Below are positions 1-13,674 of a DNA stretch of 64,000 bases, one piece after another. Position 1 is the stretch's first letter; each line of letters opens with the position of its first letter. Where the stretch lies: positions 187,428,001-187,492,000 of the forward strand of contig NC_058368.1 in the NCBI RefSeq assembly GCF_018350175.1. Direction: 5' to 3'. The notes below the pieces were generated by a model. It was not told the DNA's origin and did not search any database. It saw only the letters and a list, made by a program, of their open reading frames with translations. Made by a program: the position numbers and the translations under genes. This DNA comes from Felis catus. Its lineage: Eukaryota.

Positions 1-293
1 TTCCTTTTGGAATCCCACTGAGCTGCCAGGTGAATGAGCCTAGGCTAACTGGCTGGAGGAGCACCCGCCTCCCTCGTGGAGGAGGACCCAAGTACCCAGG
101 CCAATAAGCAGCCAAATCCCAGAATCCAAGCTACCTAGCTGTCCTGACACCTACCACAGACACAGGAGGGAGCCCAGTCAAGATCTGAAGAATGATCCAG
201 TTGGCCAGTAGACTGGTAAGGAATAGCAGACAAATTGTTCTTCTAAACTACTTATTTTAGGGTGTTTTGTTATCCCACAAAGGAAACTGATAC
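1..293 (+). mobile_element. MLT1 (MaLR) LTR, 3' part
   Basis: Terminal motif TTTTAGGGTGTTTTGTTAT...AACTGATACA. Confidence 0.6.
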
Positions 294-3200
294 AGTAACT
301 GATTGTTTACCTTAAATCTCTCTTCCATTGCATTTTCTCTGACTGGACCATGATTGATACAGGCAACTTGTTAAGAATGCAAGTCTCCCACTGAAACATC
401 CCAGATCATTTTAATATGAGTGGTCTCAGACCATTCTTTGTCAAACACAGCTTTCAAGGAGATATAGGGATCATCCTGTCTATGCTCTCATCCTTCAGGC
501 AGTTTAGAGTTAAGGGCAAAAACTCTAGGTAAAAACTCAGTCCGATTAAATATTTGCTAACCAATTCCAGTGTCCAAGAAACATCACAACACTGCCAAGG
601 GTTCTTTTTTCCATAATTGTTACCTTCATTCCCTCAAGGTACAGTTCTCTCTTTCTTCTTATTTCTTTCTAAGAAGAAAAAAAAAAAGACAGTGGCTGAG
701 AGATATGGGGTAAAACAATGTTTTACCTAAAGTAGGTTAAATAGTCCCAGCCAGATGGCCCCTTGGAATTAAAAAGATAAAAGCAAAGGCAAAAAACAAA
801 CAAATCTCCTTAGTATCAGATTGGTTTTGGATAAATTAGATCTACTGGGTGACTTTCCACAAGTCATTAACCTCTCTGAACCTCAATTTTTTCCACTGTT
901 AAATAAAGTCTATTGTGAGAAATAAATGAAACAAAGTTTATAAAAAGTTAATGCATTCAGATTTGGCTGTCTCTTCTCCAAGCTTGCTCTCTTAAAAAAA
1001 TTAAAAAACTGAATCTGGTATACATCCAAATCCCCAGATTCCAGTTTTATCAGAGCATCATGAACAAACTCTCCCATAGTGATGGTTGAAAAGCACCCAT
1101 ACCTATGACAACTGATGTGGAGGACCAATGCAGAAGCCAACCACCTGCCCCTGTCCTATGAGGAGAAAATGCCCCAAAGAACTCCTGTCTGAAGGGAGGA
1201 ACCCAAAGAGGCAGATTCTTTTGAGTTTACCTAAGCAACAAGAATAAGGTTTAATACAAATTAATATATTTTGTATATACATCACACATGTGTGTGATGG
1301 GAGATTACTTCATCACACACTCCACAGAAGCCACTTCTAATTTCCCTCATTAAATCTCCCTGCCCTCTCAAAGTCCCTCCCAGGCTGTACTTAGGGCAGG
1401 CAAGGGGCAAGTCAAGGAGAAGGCAAAGAGCGGGACCAAGGAAGAATATGGAGCTTCTCCTCCCTTCCCGTACCTCATGTTCAGGCTTATTGTATCCTGC
1501 CTCCCTCCAAAATACTCTTTTACTATTCAGGGCAAGTAGGTGACAATTTTTTGTTACTTAGGGTTTTTATTTATTGTTTTTCAGGATTCATACCCCGCCC
1601 CCAACCAAAGCATTTATTTTTAGCCAACAAAATACACTCCCTAAGAGAATGGAGTGGTCTCCAATGATGTGTGTATGTGCGTACAGTATCTTATAGTCAA
1701 AATCCCATAAACGCAATTAGGACTGTACCTATATACACAGGTAATATGAATATATAGTCATTAATCTCATTTACTCTATCACAAACACCTTTGCTTTTAC
1801 ATTTTCAAGGCTGGAAGGGGTCTCACTATGTATGAATTTAAATAATTCATTGTTGGACACCTAGGATATCCAATGTCCTCTAGTGTTGAATAACCAGGTT
1901 TTCAACACTATAAATTAAGGAAAAATATTCTCGTACCATCTTTCTCATTTGCCCAATTATTGCCTTGGGATACAGTCTTAAAGACAAATAGCAGAATAAA
2001 AGGCAAATAATCCCATTTAATGCTTTGATAGATTTTGCCAAATTGTTCTTCAGGGCTAAACCAGTGGACATCCCATTGATGACATGAGATTTTTCACAAG
2101 AGGGGATTTATGAGCCCCAGATGAAGAAAAGGAAGAAAGTACACATCAAAAAACCTGGAGGCCTCACCCTGAATGCTGGTGCTTTGCTTTTTCTTCCAAA
2201 CAGGCTGGCCTCCTCATGGTCCCTTTGTAGCCTTTGAACATTGCTGCCTATAAATCTTTGCTCTGGCCTCTTCCTTCTCTGCCTCCTCCTTGATGCTTCC
2301 TCAGGCAGTTCACATAACTGTAACAACAAAAAATTTTTCATTTACTCTTAGTGCTAACATATACTAGTATACAGCAAGTTGGCCCTATGTACAGACAGCT
2401 GTTGCTGCAATACTTCTGCATAACATTCCAAAACTCAACTTGTAATAGCAATCATGGACTTTCTTGCTCACAGAACTGCAGGTTAGGGCAGCTACATTTG
2501 GCTCCAATTTCAGGTCAGTTTCCATCTAATCCCTTGGTCTCACTCTGAACTCAGGCTGAAGGAGCAATGGTAATCTGTAGCATGCGCTTCTCAGAAAGAC
2601 CTGGCAAACTGTTAATTATGCCCACATCCCACTGGCCAAAACAAGCCACATAGCCAAGCCCAACATCAATAGAATTGCGATATATACTCCTTCCACTCTA
2701 GTGCACTGCAGGGTCCCATGGCAGAGAGATTAAACATGTGAGAATTCAATCTACTATGTCCTATTAATTGCTAAAATACCCAAACACATCCAGAGGGGTT
2801 GGTAGAGCAGAATTCCCTGCTTACTGAGATTGCAGAATTCCCTACTTGCTGAGATTACAAATCACCTAATAACCACACCCAGGTATGGTCAGAGTCAGGC
2901 AGTGGGGTCTAACAGCAGTGCCTGCATGGATGTGCGTAGCCCTTTGCAACTATGCAAAGAGCAATGGTGGTAGAAGCAAGGTTGTACAGCTGCGCCTACT
3001 GCCCTGCAAAGAACCAGCACTGGAGAGGGCATCAAAGCAGATGGTGTAGTCAGTCTGTGCCTCTGTCTCTACCTTCAGTGTCACACCAAATGCAAACTGT
3101 TGGCATCTAGGAATGTTCCTGTCCCCTGACTATTGGGCAGTGCTCCTGACCACCCACCTACTAGAGCAAAGTACAGGACTCTGGGGGACCTAATTACCAT

Positions 3201-3898
3201 CCATACTGGGAGTGTCATTGAAAGGTTTTGATGCAGTACCCCATGATTCAGAAATAAAAAGCATCCAAATCAGAAAGAAATAAAGTTTTGTCTATTTGCA
3301 GAAGACATGATATTATAAATAGAAAACACTAAAGACTTCACCAAAAAATTACTAAAATAAATGAAGTTGATAAAGTTTCAAGATACAAAATACACAGAAA
3401 GCAACTGCCTTTCTATATACTAATAATTATCAGAGAGAAATTAAGAAAATAATCTCATTTGCAATAGCACCAAAAGGAATAAAATACTTTAGAATATATT
3501 TAAGCAAGGAGGTGAAAGATCTGTACACTGAAAACTGTGACATTGATGAAAGAAATTCAGTATGCAAATAAATGGAAAGATAGTCTGTGCTCATGGGTTG
3601 GAAGAATATTGTTAAAATGTCCATACTAACCTAAGCAATCTGCAGATTCCATACAATCCCATCAAGATTACAATGGCATTTTTCACAGAAATGGGAAAAA
3701 ATCCTAAAATTAGTATGGAACCACTAAAGACCCCAAATTGCCAAAGCAATTTTGAGAAAGAAGAATAAAGCTGGAGGCACCTACACCCTGATTTCAAACA
3801 ATATTAGAAAACTGTAATAATCGAAATAGTATGGTATTTGCATTTGAAAAAGACATAGATTAATAGAACAGAACCAAGAGCCCTGAAATAAATCCAGA

Positions 3899-5651
3899 TA
3901 TATATATATAGAGAGAAATACACAAACACACACACACACACACACAGACACGCAGAGAGAGACAGAGAGAGAGACACACACACACACAGAGATAGAGACA
4001 CAGAGAGAGATAGAGGCACACAGAGAGATAGAGACACAGAGAGATAGAGACACACACAGAGAGAGAGACAGACACAGAGAGAGAGACAGACACAAAGACA
4101 CAGAGAGACACACACACACACACACACACGCACAGAGACACAGAGAGAGAGAGAGACAGAGAGACAGAGACACACACACAGAGACACACACACAGAGACA
4201 CACCCCCACCCACACACAGAGACACACCCCCACCCACAGACACACAGAGAGACGCACACAGAGACACACACACACGGTAAGAGACACACACACACGGAGA
4301 GACACACACACACGGAGAGACACACACACACGGAGAGACACACACACACGGAGAGAGACACACACACACGGAGAGAGACACACGCACACGGAGAGAGACA
4401 CACGCACACGGAGAGAGACACGCACACGGAGAGAGACACGCACACGGAGAGAGACACGCACACGGAGAGAGACACGACACAGAGACATGACACACTCACT
4501 GAGACACACAGCGACACACACACACACAGCGACACACACACACACAGCGACACACACACACACAGCGACACACACACAGAGGGACACAGACACTCACAGA
4601 GGGACACACACAGATGCACAGAGACACACACATACAGAGACACACCCCCACCCACAGACACACAGAGAGACGCACACAGAGACACACACACGGGGAGAGA
4701 CGCACACACGGGGAGAGACGCACACACGGGGAGAGACGCACACACGGGGAGAGACGCACACACACAGAGACAGGACACAGAGACACGACACACACACACA
4801 CACACACAGACGCACACACACACAGACACGACACACTCACCAAGACACACACACAGAGACACGACACACTCACCGAGACACACAGAGACACACACACACA
4901 GCAACACACACACAGAGACACATGCACACAGAGACACACAACACAGAGATGACACACTCACCGAGACAGAGACACACACAGAGACACACACACACAGAGA
5001 CACACACACACAGAGACACACACACACAGAGACACAGAGACAGAGAGATACAAAGTGACACACAGAGAGAGACACACACGCAGACACACACACACGCAGA
5101 CACACACACACGCAGACGCACACACACAGAGACGCACACACACAGAGACGCACACACAGAGACGCACACACACAGAGACGCACACACACAGAGACGCACA
5201 CACACAGAGACGCACACAGACACAGAGAGACGCACACAGACACAGAGAGACGCACACAGAGATACACACACAGTGAGAGACACACCCACCCACAGAGACA
5301 CACACAGAGAGACACACACACACAGAAACAAACACAGAGACACACACACACAGTCACACAGAGACACACCCCCACCCACAGACACACAGTGAGACACACA
5401 CACAGTGAGAGACACACCCACCCACAGAGACACACACACAGAGACACACACACAGAGACACACACACACACAGAGACACACACACACAGAGACACACACA
5501 CGAACAGAGAGACACAGTCACACACACAGAGACACACCCACCCACAGACGCACACAGAGATGCACACACACACAGACGCACCCACACACACCCACAGAGA
5601 GAGAGAGAGAGACACACACACACACACAGAGTGATAGAGATACAGGCACAC

Positions 5652-5688
<37 letters not shown>

Positions 5689-5862
5689 GAGAGACAGGCA
5701 CACACAGAAAGAGAGAGAGACAGAGAGAGAGAGACGCACACGCAGAGAGAGAGAGACAGAGAGACAGGCACACACACGGGGTGGGGGTGGAAGAGAGGCG
5801 GGTGGGGGGAGAGGCCCACACAGAGAGACACAGAGAGAGACACACACACAGAGAGTGTGTGT
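3899..5862 (+). repeat. ~2-kb compound (CA)n/(GA)n low-complexity tandem array
   Basis: Nearly T-free top strand with higher-order 16-20-nt units; L1 ORF2 sequence is contiguous on both sides. Confidence 0.97.
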
Positions 5863-6619
5863 GTCAATTAATTTTTGATCACAGAGCCAAGAATATACAA
5901 CAGGGAAAAAGGGTGGTTTCTTCAATAAATGATGCTGAGAAACTGGATAGCCACATACCAAAGAATGAAAATGGACCCTTACCTTACACCATACACAATA
6001 ATCAACAAAGGGATTTAAGATTTAAACATAATATCTGAAACCATAAAACTCCTAGAAGAAAACATAGGGAGGGATAAGCTCCTTGACATAATTCTCAGTG
6101 ATCATTTTTCAGATTTGTCACCAAAAGCAAGACAATGCCAAAAACAAACAAACAAACAAACATGTGGGACCACATCAAATTAAAAAGTTTCTGCACAGCA
6201 AAGAAAACCAACAGAATGAAAAAGCACTGAATGGGAGAAAATATTTACAAGCCACATATCTGATAAAAGGTTAAGATCCAAAATATATTAAGAACTCATC
6301 AACTCAACAGCAAAAAAGTAAACAATCCAATTAAAAAATGGGCAGAGAACTGAACAGACATTTTTCCCAAAGACCTACAAGTAGCCAACAAGTATATGAA
6401 AAAAACAGTTATATGAAACTGGCCAACAGGTACACCAGCAGGTCTATGCTCAACATCACTCATCATTAGGGCAATGCAAATCAAAACCATGGGATCACTT
6501 CACACCTGTTAGAAAGGCCCTCTTGTACACTGATGGTTGGAATGTGAATGGTTGCAGCCACTATGAAAAGCAGTGTAGCAAAAGGAATAAAGGAAAAAGA
6601 AAAGAAAAACTGAATTACT

Positions 6620-6833
6620 GGGGCACCTGCATGGCTCAGTCAGTTGGGCTTCTGACTTCAGGTCAGGTCATGATCTCGTGATTCATGAGTTCAAGTCCCT
6701 GAGTCAAGCTGTGCTGACAGCTCTGAGCCTGGAGCCTGCTTCAGATTCTGTGTCTCCCTCTGTCTCTGCCCCTCCCCCACTCGTGCTCGAAGCACTCCCT
6801 CTCCCTCTCAAAAATAAATATTAAAAATTTTTT
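6620..6833 (+). mobile_element. Can-SINE
   Basis: tRNA-derived head, CT tract and A tail; TSD AAAAACTGAATTACT. Confidence 0.92.
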
Positions 6834-6859
6834 AAAAACTGAATTACTACCTGATCCAT

Positions 6860-7313
6860 TGTCACAGACTGTGAGTCTGGAATTCTCTCTTGTCCAACGA
6901 GACAGCGGATGCAGAACTGAACATGAAAAAGGTGAATACGCAGGAGGAGACAAGAGCCCCGACCAGGCGTTTCGTCTCCGTATTTATTGAGCCCACAAGA
7001 TTCTACCCACGTGGTGAATGTGAGGAAAACAAGATCTTACACAGGTGAACATGGAGAAAACAATCAGATAGTAATCATTAACTTGTGTGTGTAAGAAGCA
7101 AAGGGTCTGGAGGCTAAGTGGAGTTTGTGATCAAGGTACATTAGTATATTGGCATCAGATGGAAAGTAACTTCCTGCAGGTGATACAAGTTTCTCGTGAA
7201 TCCATTATAATATCTCACTAACTAACCTCGGGCACTTTCTCCCTGTAGTGGCGGCTTTCTGCCCTAAGCTTTTCTTCTAACCTATTTATGTAACTAGAAC
7301 CTATTTCCCCACA
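6860..7313 (-). mobile_element. Solo LTR, probably betaretrovirus-like (class II)
   Basis: Minus strand begins TGTGGGGAAA and ends GTGACA; AATAAA near 6983-6988; 6-bp TSD ATCCAT/AACCAT; interrupts the L1. Confidence 0.8.
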
Positions 7314-7468
7314 AACCATTCATTCCTTTCTGGGCATATACCCAGAAATGAAAACAGATCTTGAAGAGCAATCTGCACTTCCATATTCATTGCAGTATGA
7401 TTCGCAATAGCCAAGATATGGAAACAACTTGAGTGTCAGTTAACAGATAAGTGGATTAAGAAGATGTG

Positions 7469-7471
<3 letters not shown>

Positions 7472-7520
<49 letters not shown>
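7472..7520 (+). repeat. (CA)n microsatellite
   Basis: Perfect run inside an L1. Confidence 0.97.
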
Positions 7521-7526
<6 letters not shown>

Positions 7527-7793
7527 TATTTAGTCATGAGAAAGCAGGACATTCGCAACAACATGGATGGAACTTGAGGGCATAATATTAAGAAAAATAA
7601 GACAGAAAAAGTAAATTCTGTACTATCACTTATATGTGGAATCTAAAACAAGCTGAACTCATAGAAAAGAGACTAGCATGGTGGCTATGAGGGGCTGGAG
7701 GTTGGAGGAAAAGGGAGACATTGGTTGGAAGTACAAACTAGTTATATGAGGAAAAATGTACAGCATAGTGATTATAGTTAGTAATACTGTGTT

Positions 7794-8178
7794 GGTTTTT
7801 TTTTAATTTTATTGTTTATTTTTTTTAATTTACATCCAAATTAGTTAGTATATAGTGCAACAATGATTTAAGGAGTAGATTCCTTAGTGTCCCTTACCCA
7901 TTTAGCCCATCCCCCCTCCCACAACCCCTCCAGTAACCCTCTGTTTGTTCTCCATGTTTAGGAGTCTCTTCTGTTTTGCCCCCCTCCCTGTTTTTATATT
8001 ATTTTTGTTTCCCTTCCCTTATGTTCATCTGTTTTGTCTCTTAAAGTCTTCATATGAGTGAAGTCATATGATTTTTGTCTTTCTCTGACTACTTTCACTT
8101 AGCATCATACCCTCCAGTTCCATCCACGTAGTTGCAAATGGCAAGATCTCATTCTTTTTGATTGCCGAGTAATACTCC

Positions 8179-8230
<52 letters not shown>

Positions 8231-9902
8231 ACATCTTCTTTATCCATTCATCCATTGATGGACATTTGGGCTCTTTCCATATTTTGGCTATTGTTGATAG
8301 TGCTGCTATAAACATGGGGGTGCATGTGTCCCTTCGAAACAGCACATCTGTATCCCTTGGATAAATGCCTAGTAGTGCAATTGCTAGGTCATAGGGTAGT
8401 TCTATTTTTAGTTTTTTGAGGAACCTCCATACTGTTTTCCAGAATGCCTGCAACAGCTTGCTTTCCTACCAACAATGCAAAAGAGATCCTCTTTCTCTGC
8501 ATCCTTGCCAACATCTGTTGTTGCCTGAATTGCTCATGTTAGCCATTCTGACAGGTGTGAGGTGGTATCTCATTGTGGTTTTGATTTGTATTTCCCTGAT
8601 GATGAATGATTTGAGCATTTTTTCATGTGTCGATTGGCCATCTGGATGTCTTCTTTGGAGAACTGTCTATTCATGTCTTTTGCCCATTTCTTCACTGGAT
8701 TATTTGTTTTTTGGGTGTTGAGTTTGATAAGTTCTTTATAGATTTTGGATACTAAACCTTTATCTGATATGTCATTTGCAAATATCTTCTCCCATTCTGT
8801 TGGTTGCCTTTTAGTTTTCCTGATTGTTTCCTTTGCTGTGCAGAAGCTTTTTATTTTGATGAGGTCCTAGTAGTTCATTTTTGCTTTTGTTTCCCTTGTC
8901 TCCAGAGACGTGTTGAGTAAGAAGTTGCTGTGGCCAAGATCAAAGAGGTTTTTGCCTGCTTTCTCCTTGAGGATTTTGATGGCTTCCTGTCTTACATTGA
9001 GGTCTTTCATCCATTTTTGAGTTTATTTGTGTGTGTGGTGTAAGAAAGTGGTCCAGGTTCATTCTTCTGCATGTTGCTGTCCACTTTTCCCAGCACCACT
9101 TGAAGAGACTGTCTTTATTCCATTGGATATTCTTTCCTGCTTTGTCAATGATTAGTTGGCCATATGTTTGTGGGCCCATTTCTGGGTTCTCTATTCTGTT
9201 CCATTGATCTGAGTGTCTGCTCTTGTGCCAGTACCATACTGTCTTGATGATTACAGCTTTGTATTATAGCTTGAAGTCTGGGATTGTGATGCCTCTTGCT
9301 TTGGTTTGGGTATTCGGGGTCTTTTCTGGTTCCATACAAATTTTAGGATTGTTTGTTCTAGCTCTGTGAAAAATGCTGCTGTTATTTTGATAGGGATTGC
9401 ATTGAATATGTAGATTGATTTGGGTAGTATCGACATTTTAAAAATATTTTTTTTCCTATCCAAGAGCACGGAATCTTTTTCCATTTTTTTGGTGTCTTCT
9501 TCAATTTCTTTCATAAGCTTTCTATAGTTTTCAGTGTACAGATTTTTCACCTCTTTGGTTAGATTTATTCCTAGGTATTTTATGGTTTTTGGTGCAACTT
9601 TAAATGGGATCAATTCCCTGATTTCTCTTTCTGTTGCTTCATTGATGGTGTATAGGAATGCAACCGATTTCTGTGCGTTGATTTTATACCCTGCAACTTT
9701 GCTGAATTCCTGAATCAGTTCTAGCAGTTTTTTGGTGGAATGTTTTGGGTTTTCCATATAGAGTATCATGTCATCTGTGAAGAGTGAAAGTTTGACCTCC
9801 TCCTGGCTGATTTGGATGCCTTTTATTTCTTTGTGTTGTCTGATTGCAGAGGCTAAGACTTCCAATACTATGTTGATTAACAGTGGCGAAAGTGGACATC
9901 CC
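7794..9902 (-). mobile_element. 5'-truncated L1 (~2.1 kb)
   Basis: ORF2 C-terminal fragments in the ORF track; T-rich tail; 14-bp TSD AGTAATACTGTGTT at 7780-7793 and 9903-9916. Confidence 0.93.
8181..8228 (+). repeat. (TA)n microsatellite
   Basis: Perfect run inside an L1. Confidence 0.97.
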
Positions 9903-9981
9903 AGTAATACTGTGTTTATATACTTGAAAGTTGCTCAGAATATAGGTCTTAAATGTTCTCCTCACAAAAAAGAAAAGGTGA

Positions 9982-10195
9982 TTTTTTTCCATGTTTTTAT
10001 TTGAACTCCAGTTACTCAGCATACAGTGTACTATTAGTTTCAGCTGTACATATGGTGATTCAACACTTCCATACAACACCCAGTGCTCTTCATAATGCCC
10101 TCCTTAATCCCCATCACCTATTTCACTCATCCCCACACCCACCTCCCCTCCGAAAACCACCAGCTTGTTCTCTATAGTTAAGAGTCTGTTTCTTG
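9982..10195 (-). mobile_element. Short L1 3'UTR insertion
   Basis: Reverse complement of the carnivore L1 3' end also seen at 16860-17050 and 44640-44860. Confidence 0.75.
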
Positions 10196-10439
10196 ATAAT
10201 TATGTAATGAAGTGGAAGAATTAGTTAATGCCAGGACATAATCATTTCACAATATGTAGGTGTATCAAATCAACACTTGTACATCTTAAACTTACACAGA
10301 GTTGTCTATTATATCTCAATAAAGCTGGAAAAAATTCAACAAGCAATTTGGAAATTAGAATAATTTAACCAATGATATGCACTACAATTTATATAATTTG
10401 CCAAGCAGTTTTAAGGAATATATACTATAATTTGTTTCA

Positions 10440-11020
10440 CTGGTGTATGTGTTTTCGCAAGCCAGTACCAAGTTGTAATTATAGACACTTTTGATTATGT
10501 TTAAATTTTTGATTGGGTTAATCCCCCTCAGTTTTTCTTTTTCATTGTTGCCCTGAATATTTCTGAATTTTTAATATAAATTTTAGTATCAACATTTCTA
10601 ATTCCATTGGAAAAAAATTTTATTGGGACTTTAATTTATAAGTTAGCTTAGGGAGCACAGATATCTTTATAATGCTGCATTATCCTATGTAAGAATAAGT
10701 GGTATTTTCCCATTTGTTCAAATTTTACTTTTGTGTCTTTTTGGACTTTAAAAAATTGTCATAAAATAGAATAGGTTGGACACATTTCTTTTTTTAAGTT
10801 TATTCCTAAGTATTTAATCTTCTCTTTTGCTATTATAGATGAAGGCTTCTCTATCATATATCTCTACTTGGTTATTATTTGTATACTTAAAGGCCATTAA
10901 TTTTTTATGTCAATTTTATATCCTGCTACCTTACTGAATTATTTTTTAGTTAGTTTTATGATTGAATGTAAGATTTTCTGGATATATTATTATGTCATCT
11001 GTAAATAGGAATAGTTTTAC
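10440..11020 (-). mobile_element. Old L1 ORF2 fragment
   Basis: Degenerate match to the L1 ORF2 reverse complement (TTTATTCCTAAGTATTT, TTTTATATCCTGCTACCTTACTGAATT). Confidence 0.7.
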
Positions 11021-11068
11021 AACCCCCCAAAAAAAGAAATATATAGTATATCAACTAAAAGGAATTTT

Positions 11069-11273
11069 AATTTTTTTTAATCTTTATTTTTTTGAGAGAG
11101 ACAGACAGAGTGCAAATGGGGGGAGGAGCAAAGAGAGGGAGACACAGAATCTGAAGCAGGCTCCAGGCTCTTAGTTGTCAGCATAGAGCCCGACACAGGG
11201 CTCAAACCCACGAACCAGGAGATCATAACATGAGCCGAAGTCAGACGCTTAACTGACTGAGCCACGCAGGCTC
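11069..11273 (-). mobile_element. Can-SINE
   Basis: TSD CAACTAAAAGGAATTTT at 11052-11068 and 11274-11290. Confidence 0.92.
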
Positions 11274-11824
11274 CAACTAAAAGGAATTTTGAAACTTAGT
11301 TTTTATATTTTTTATATTTTGGTTTAAATTACCAAACAAGTTATTAACTATTTTAAGCATCACCTCTGCCTACTACATGCCAGCAGCATCATCATCTCAT
11401 TCCTGTACTTCTCTCTCCTGTTAGTCTACACGCATTCCATTGCCCATCCAGAAAGCAGGAATGCCTACCCTCTTGTTATAAGATCAGCACACTAGCACAT
11501 AAGAAGTGTCTATAAATACTTGAATCACAGACTCGTATAGCTTAAATGGACCTTAGAGATCACATCCAGATTTCACTTTCTACCTGGGAAAGCTGAGACT
11601 TGCACAAAGACAGGCAGCCGTTAGGACCCAGACTTCCTGGCTCTCATCCAGAAGGCACCCTACCACAGAAAGGCCAAGAACTTACACTGAGATGTGGGTT
11701 CAGATATCAGCTTTGCCACTGACTGGTAGTGTGATCTTAATTGTCTGATTTTTCTCAGCCTCCGCTTCCTCATCTGCAAAATTTAGATATTCCTACCCCT
11801 AAGGTTGTTGAGTCTATGAAACTC

Positions 11825-11831
11825 TGTGTGT

Positions 11832-11866
<35 letters not shown>
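11825..11866 (+). repeat. (TG)n microsatellite
   Basis: Run with one interruption. Confidence 0.95.
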
Positions 11867-11867
<1 letters not shown>

Positions 11868-13674
11868 ATTAAGCTTTCATTATCCATTATACCTTTAATG
11901 ACTACCCCAGGGAAGTCTCTTATTTTCTCATCACAACCCAAATACACCTCTACCCCAATCCCACAGCCACCAAAAGAACAGGACAAGGCAGGAAGTGGGA
12001 AATAGAACAAGAGCACAATGAACTCCAACCAGAGTAACAAAGCTTGTGTAAGTACACCAAGGCCTGGACTTTAATACCTGCTGGCTCCAGTGTCAGGGTG
12101 ACTCTAGGGTACCATCTTGGTGTCTAAATCACTTGCAAAACTGTGCTAGGGAAACCAGACCAGCACTCAAACATGCAGCTCCAGCCTGTGCTGGGACCTG
12201 AAAAAGCCTGGTCTTGGGTCAGCAGTTTCTTACACTCTCACCATTGATGCAGGGCACACTGTTCAGCCTTGTAGACAGATATTAGAACTCACCACTAGCA
12301 AAACAATATCCATAAAACTAACTTAATGAGGGGGGAATTGGTACTCTCCCCACCCCACTACCACCACCAACTGAAAAAGATTCATGATTACAAAGGTGAA
12401 AATCACCTAGAAAAGATCAGATTAGGAAAAAAACAAGCATAAGCAGAATACAACTAGGTCTCCTGGCTCCTGCTTTGTAGCTGTTCTCTGTTGTGGTCAT
12501 ATTCCAAATAAACACAAACAGAGTCCAAAAGCTTCAAAGAGTAACAAAGTCTCTAAGGAAGGTGTCCAGAAGATGCTGAGAAAAGCAGTTATACCACAAC
12601 TAGAGAGCAAAACTGAACCTCCTAAAAATCCTCCCTGGCCGTCCACACTTCCTGAGACCAAAGTTACCCCCTGTGCTGCAGTCCTTGTTTCCCCACAGCC
12701 TCTCTGCTCCTTTCTCCCTGGTGGCCTGGGCCTGCCCTGTACTCACTAATTCAGTTCCATGGCTAATCTGTCCACTGCCTCAGTTAGCACCAGGGAGACT
12801 GGTGCTGAGCAGCGTATCCGCTCCACCTTAGCGGGCAAGAATGGGGGATGGAATATGTACTGTTTGCCACTTTCCCCTCCAAGAAACTATTTGTAGTATC
12901 ATCAGGTACATGGTCAGCCTGCAGTAAAGTTCTCACAAGCACTGGAAATCCACTCCTTGTGTGAATCAGTTCCTTCTATTGCTCAGAAAAGATCACTGTA
13001 GTTGGAATCTATTTGGACAAAACCTACAGGTTTTGTGTTCTACAGATGGTTCTGTTCTCACCAAGGTTTTAAATGAGCCCCTGAGGACTTGGATTTTAAT
13101 GTCTTCTCTGCTTTCAGCCTCCCTTTTTCATCTTCTCAAGCCTCAGCCAAATGCCAAAGAGCCACATGACCTTTAAGCAAACCACACCATTTATAAAGGG
13201 CTTGTTTTCCTTGGCCAGTTTTCTGTGGACAATTGAGAAGGTGAAACCTAAATGGATTGCTGTTGAATTAAGGCACACACAGGCACACTGGTACTTCTTA
13301 AAGGGAAAGCCATTCTGTTAGCTTCTCATTTTAAAGGGTCTACATTGAATTACACTACGTAAAAATATTATGAGTATTTTTATATACAAAGAACTAAGTT
13401 ATGTCCAAACCACAGTGACTCTAGATTATGGCATTATTCAACCAACTTTTCAGGTGCCCAATGTCCCATGATGTCTAAGGGCAAAACATTTTTTTCCCTC
13501 ATCCCTGAGCTGAGTTTACTCTTGCAATAAAGGTGGCCATGCTATAGGATAAAGGCGAGAAGCCCTTAAGTCATAGGACCCAAGTTCAAGTCATAGCTCT
13601 AACTCTTATGGGCTCTAAAACCTTGGCCAGGTGATAAAAGATTATATCTGCTGATCTCCTAGTTAATTAAATGT

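Larger units (their letters stand above)
3250..10333 (+). mobile_element. Older 5'-truncated L1 (3' part of ORF2 plus 3'UTR) hosting several later insertions
   Basis: Degenerate ORF2 sequence from 3250 to 7640; 3'UTR continues across the inserted elements to AATAAAGCTGGAAAAAA at ~10318-10334. Confidence 0.85.

Noticed and set aside
910..1140. Minus-strand ORF with an acceptor-like TCATAG
   Set aside because: No clear donor site and no recognisable protein similarity.
3781..6038. Long ORFs (up to 687 aa) rich in C/V/S/L or H/T/R/Q
   Set aside because: These are translations of the CA/GA array, which lacks stop codons because of its composition.
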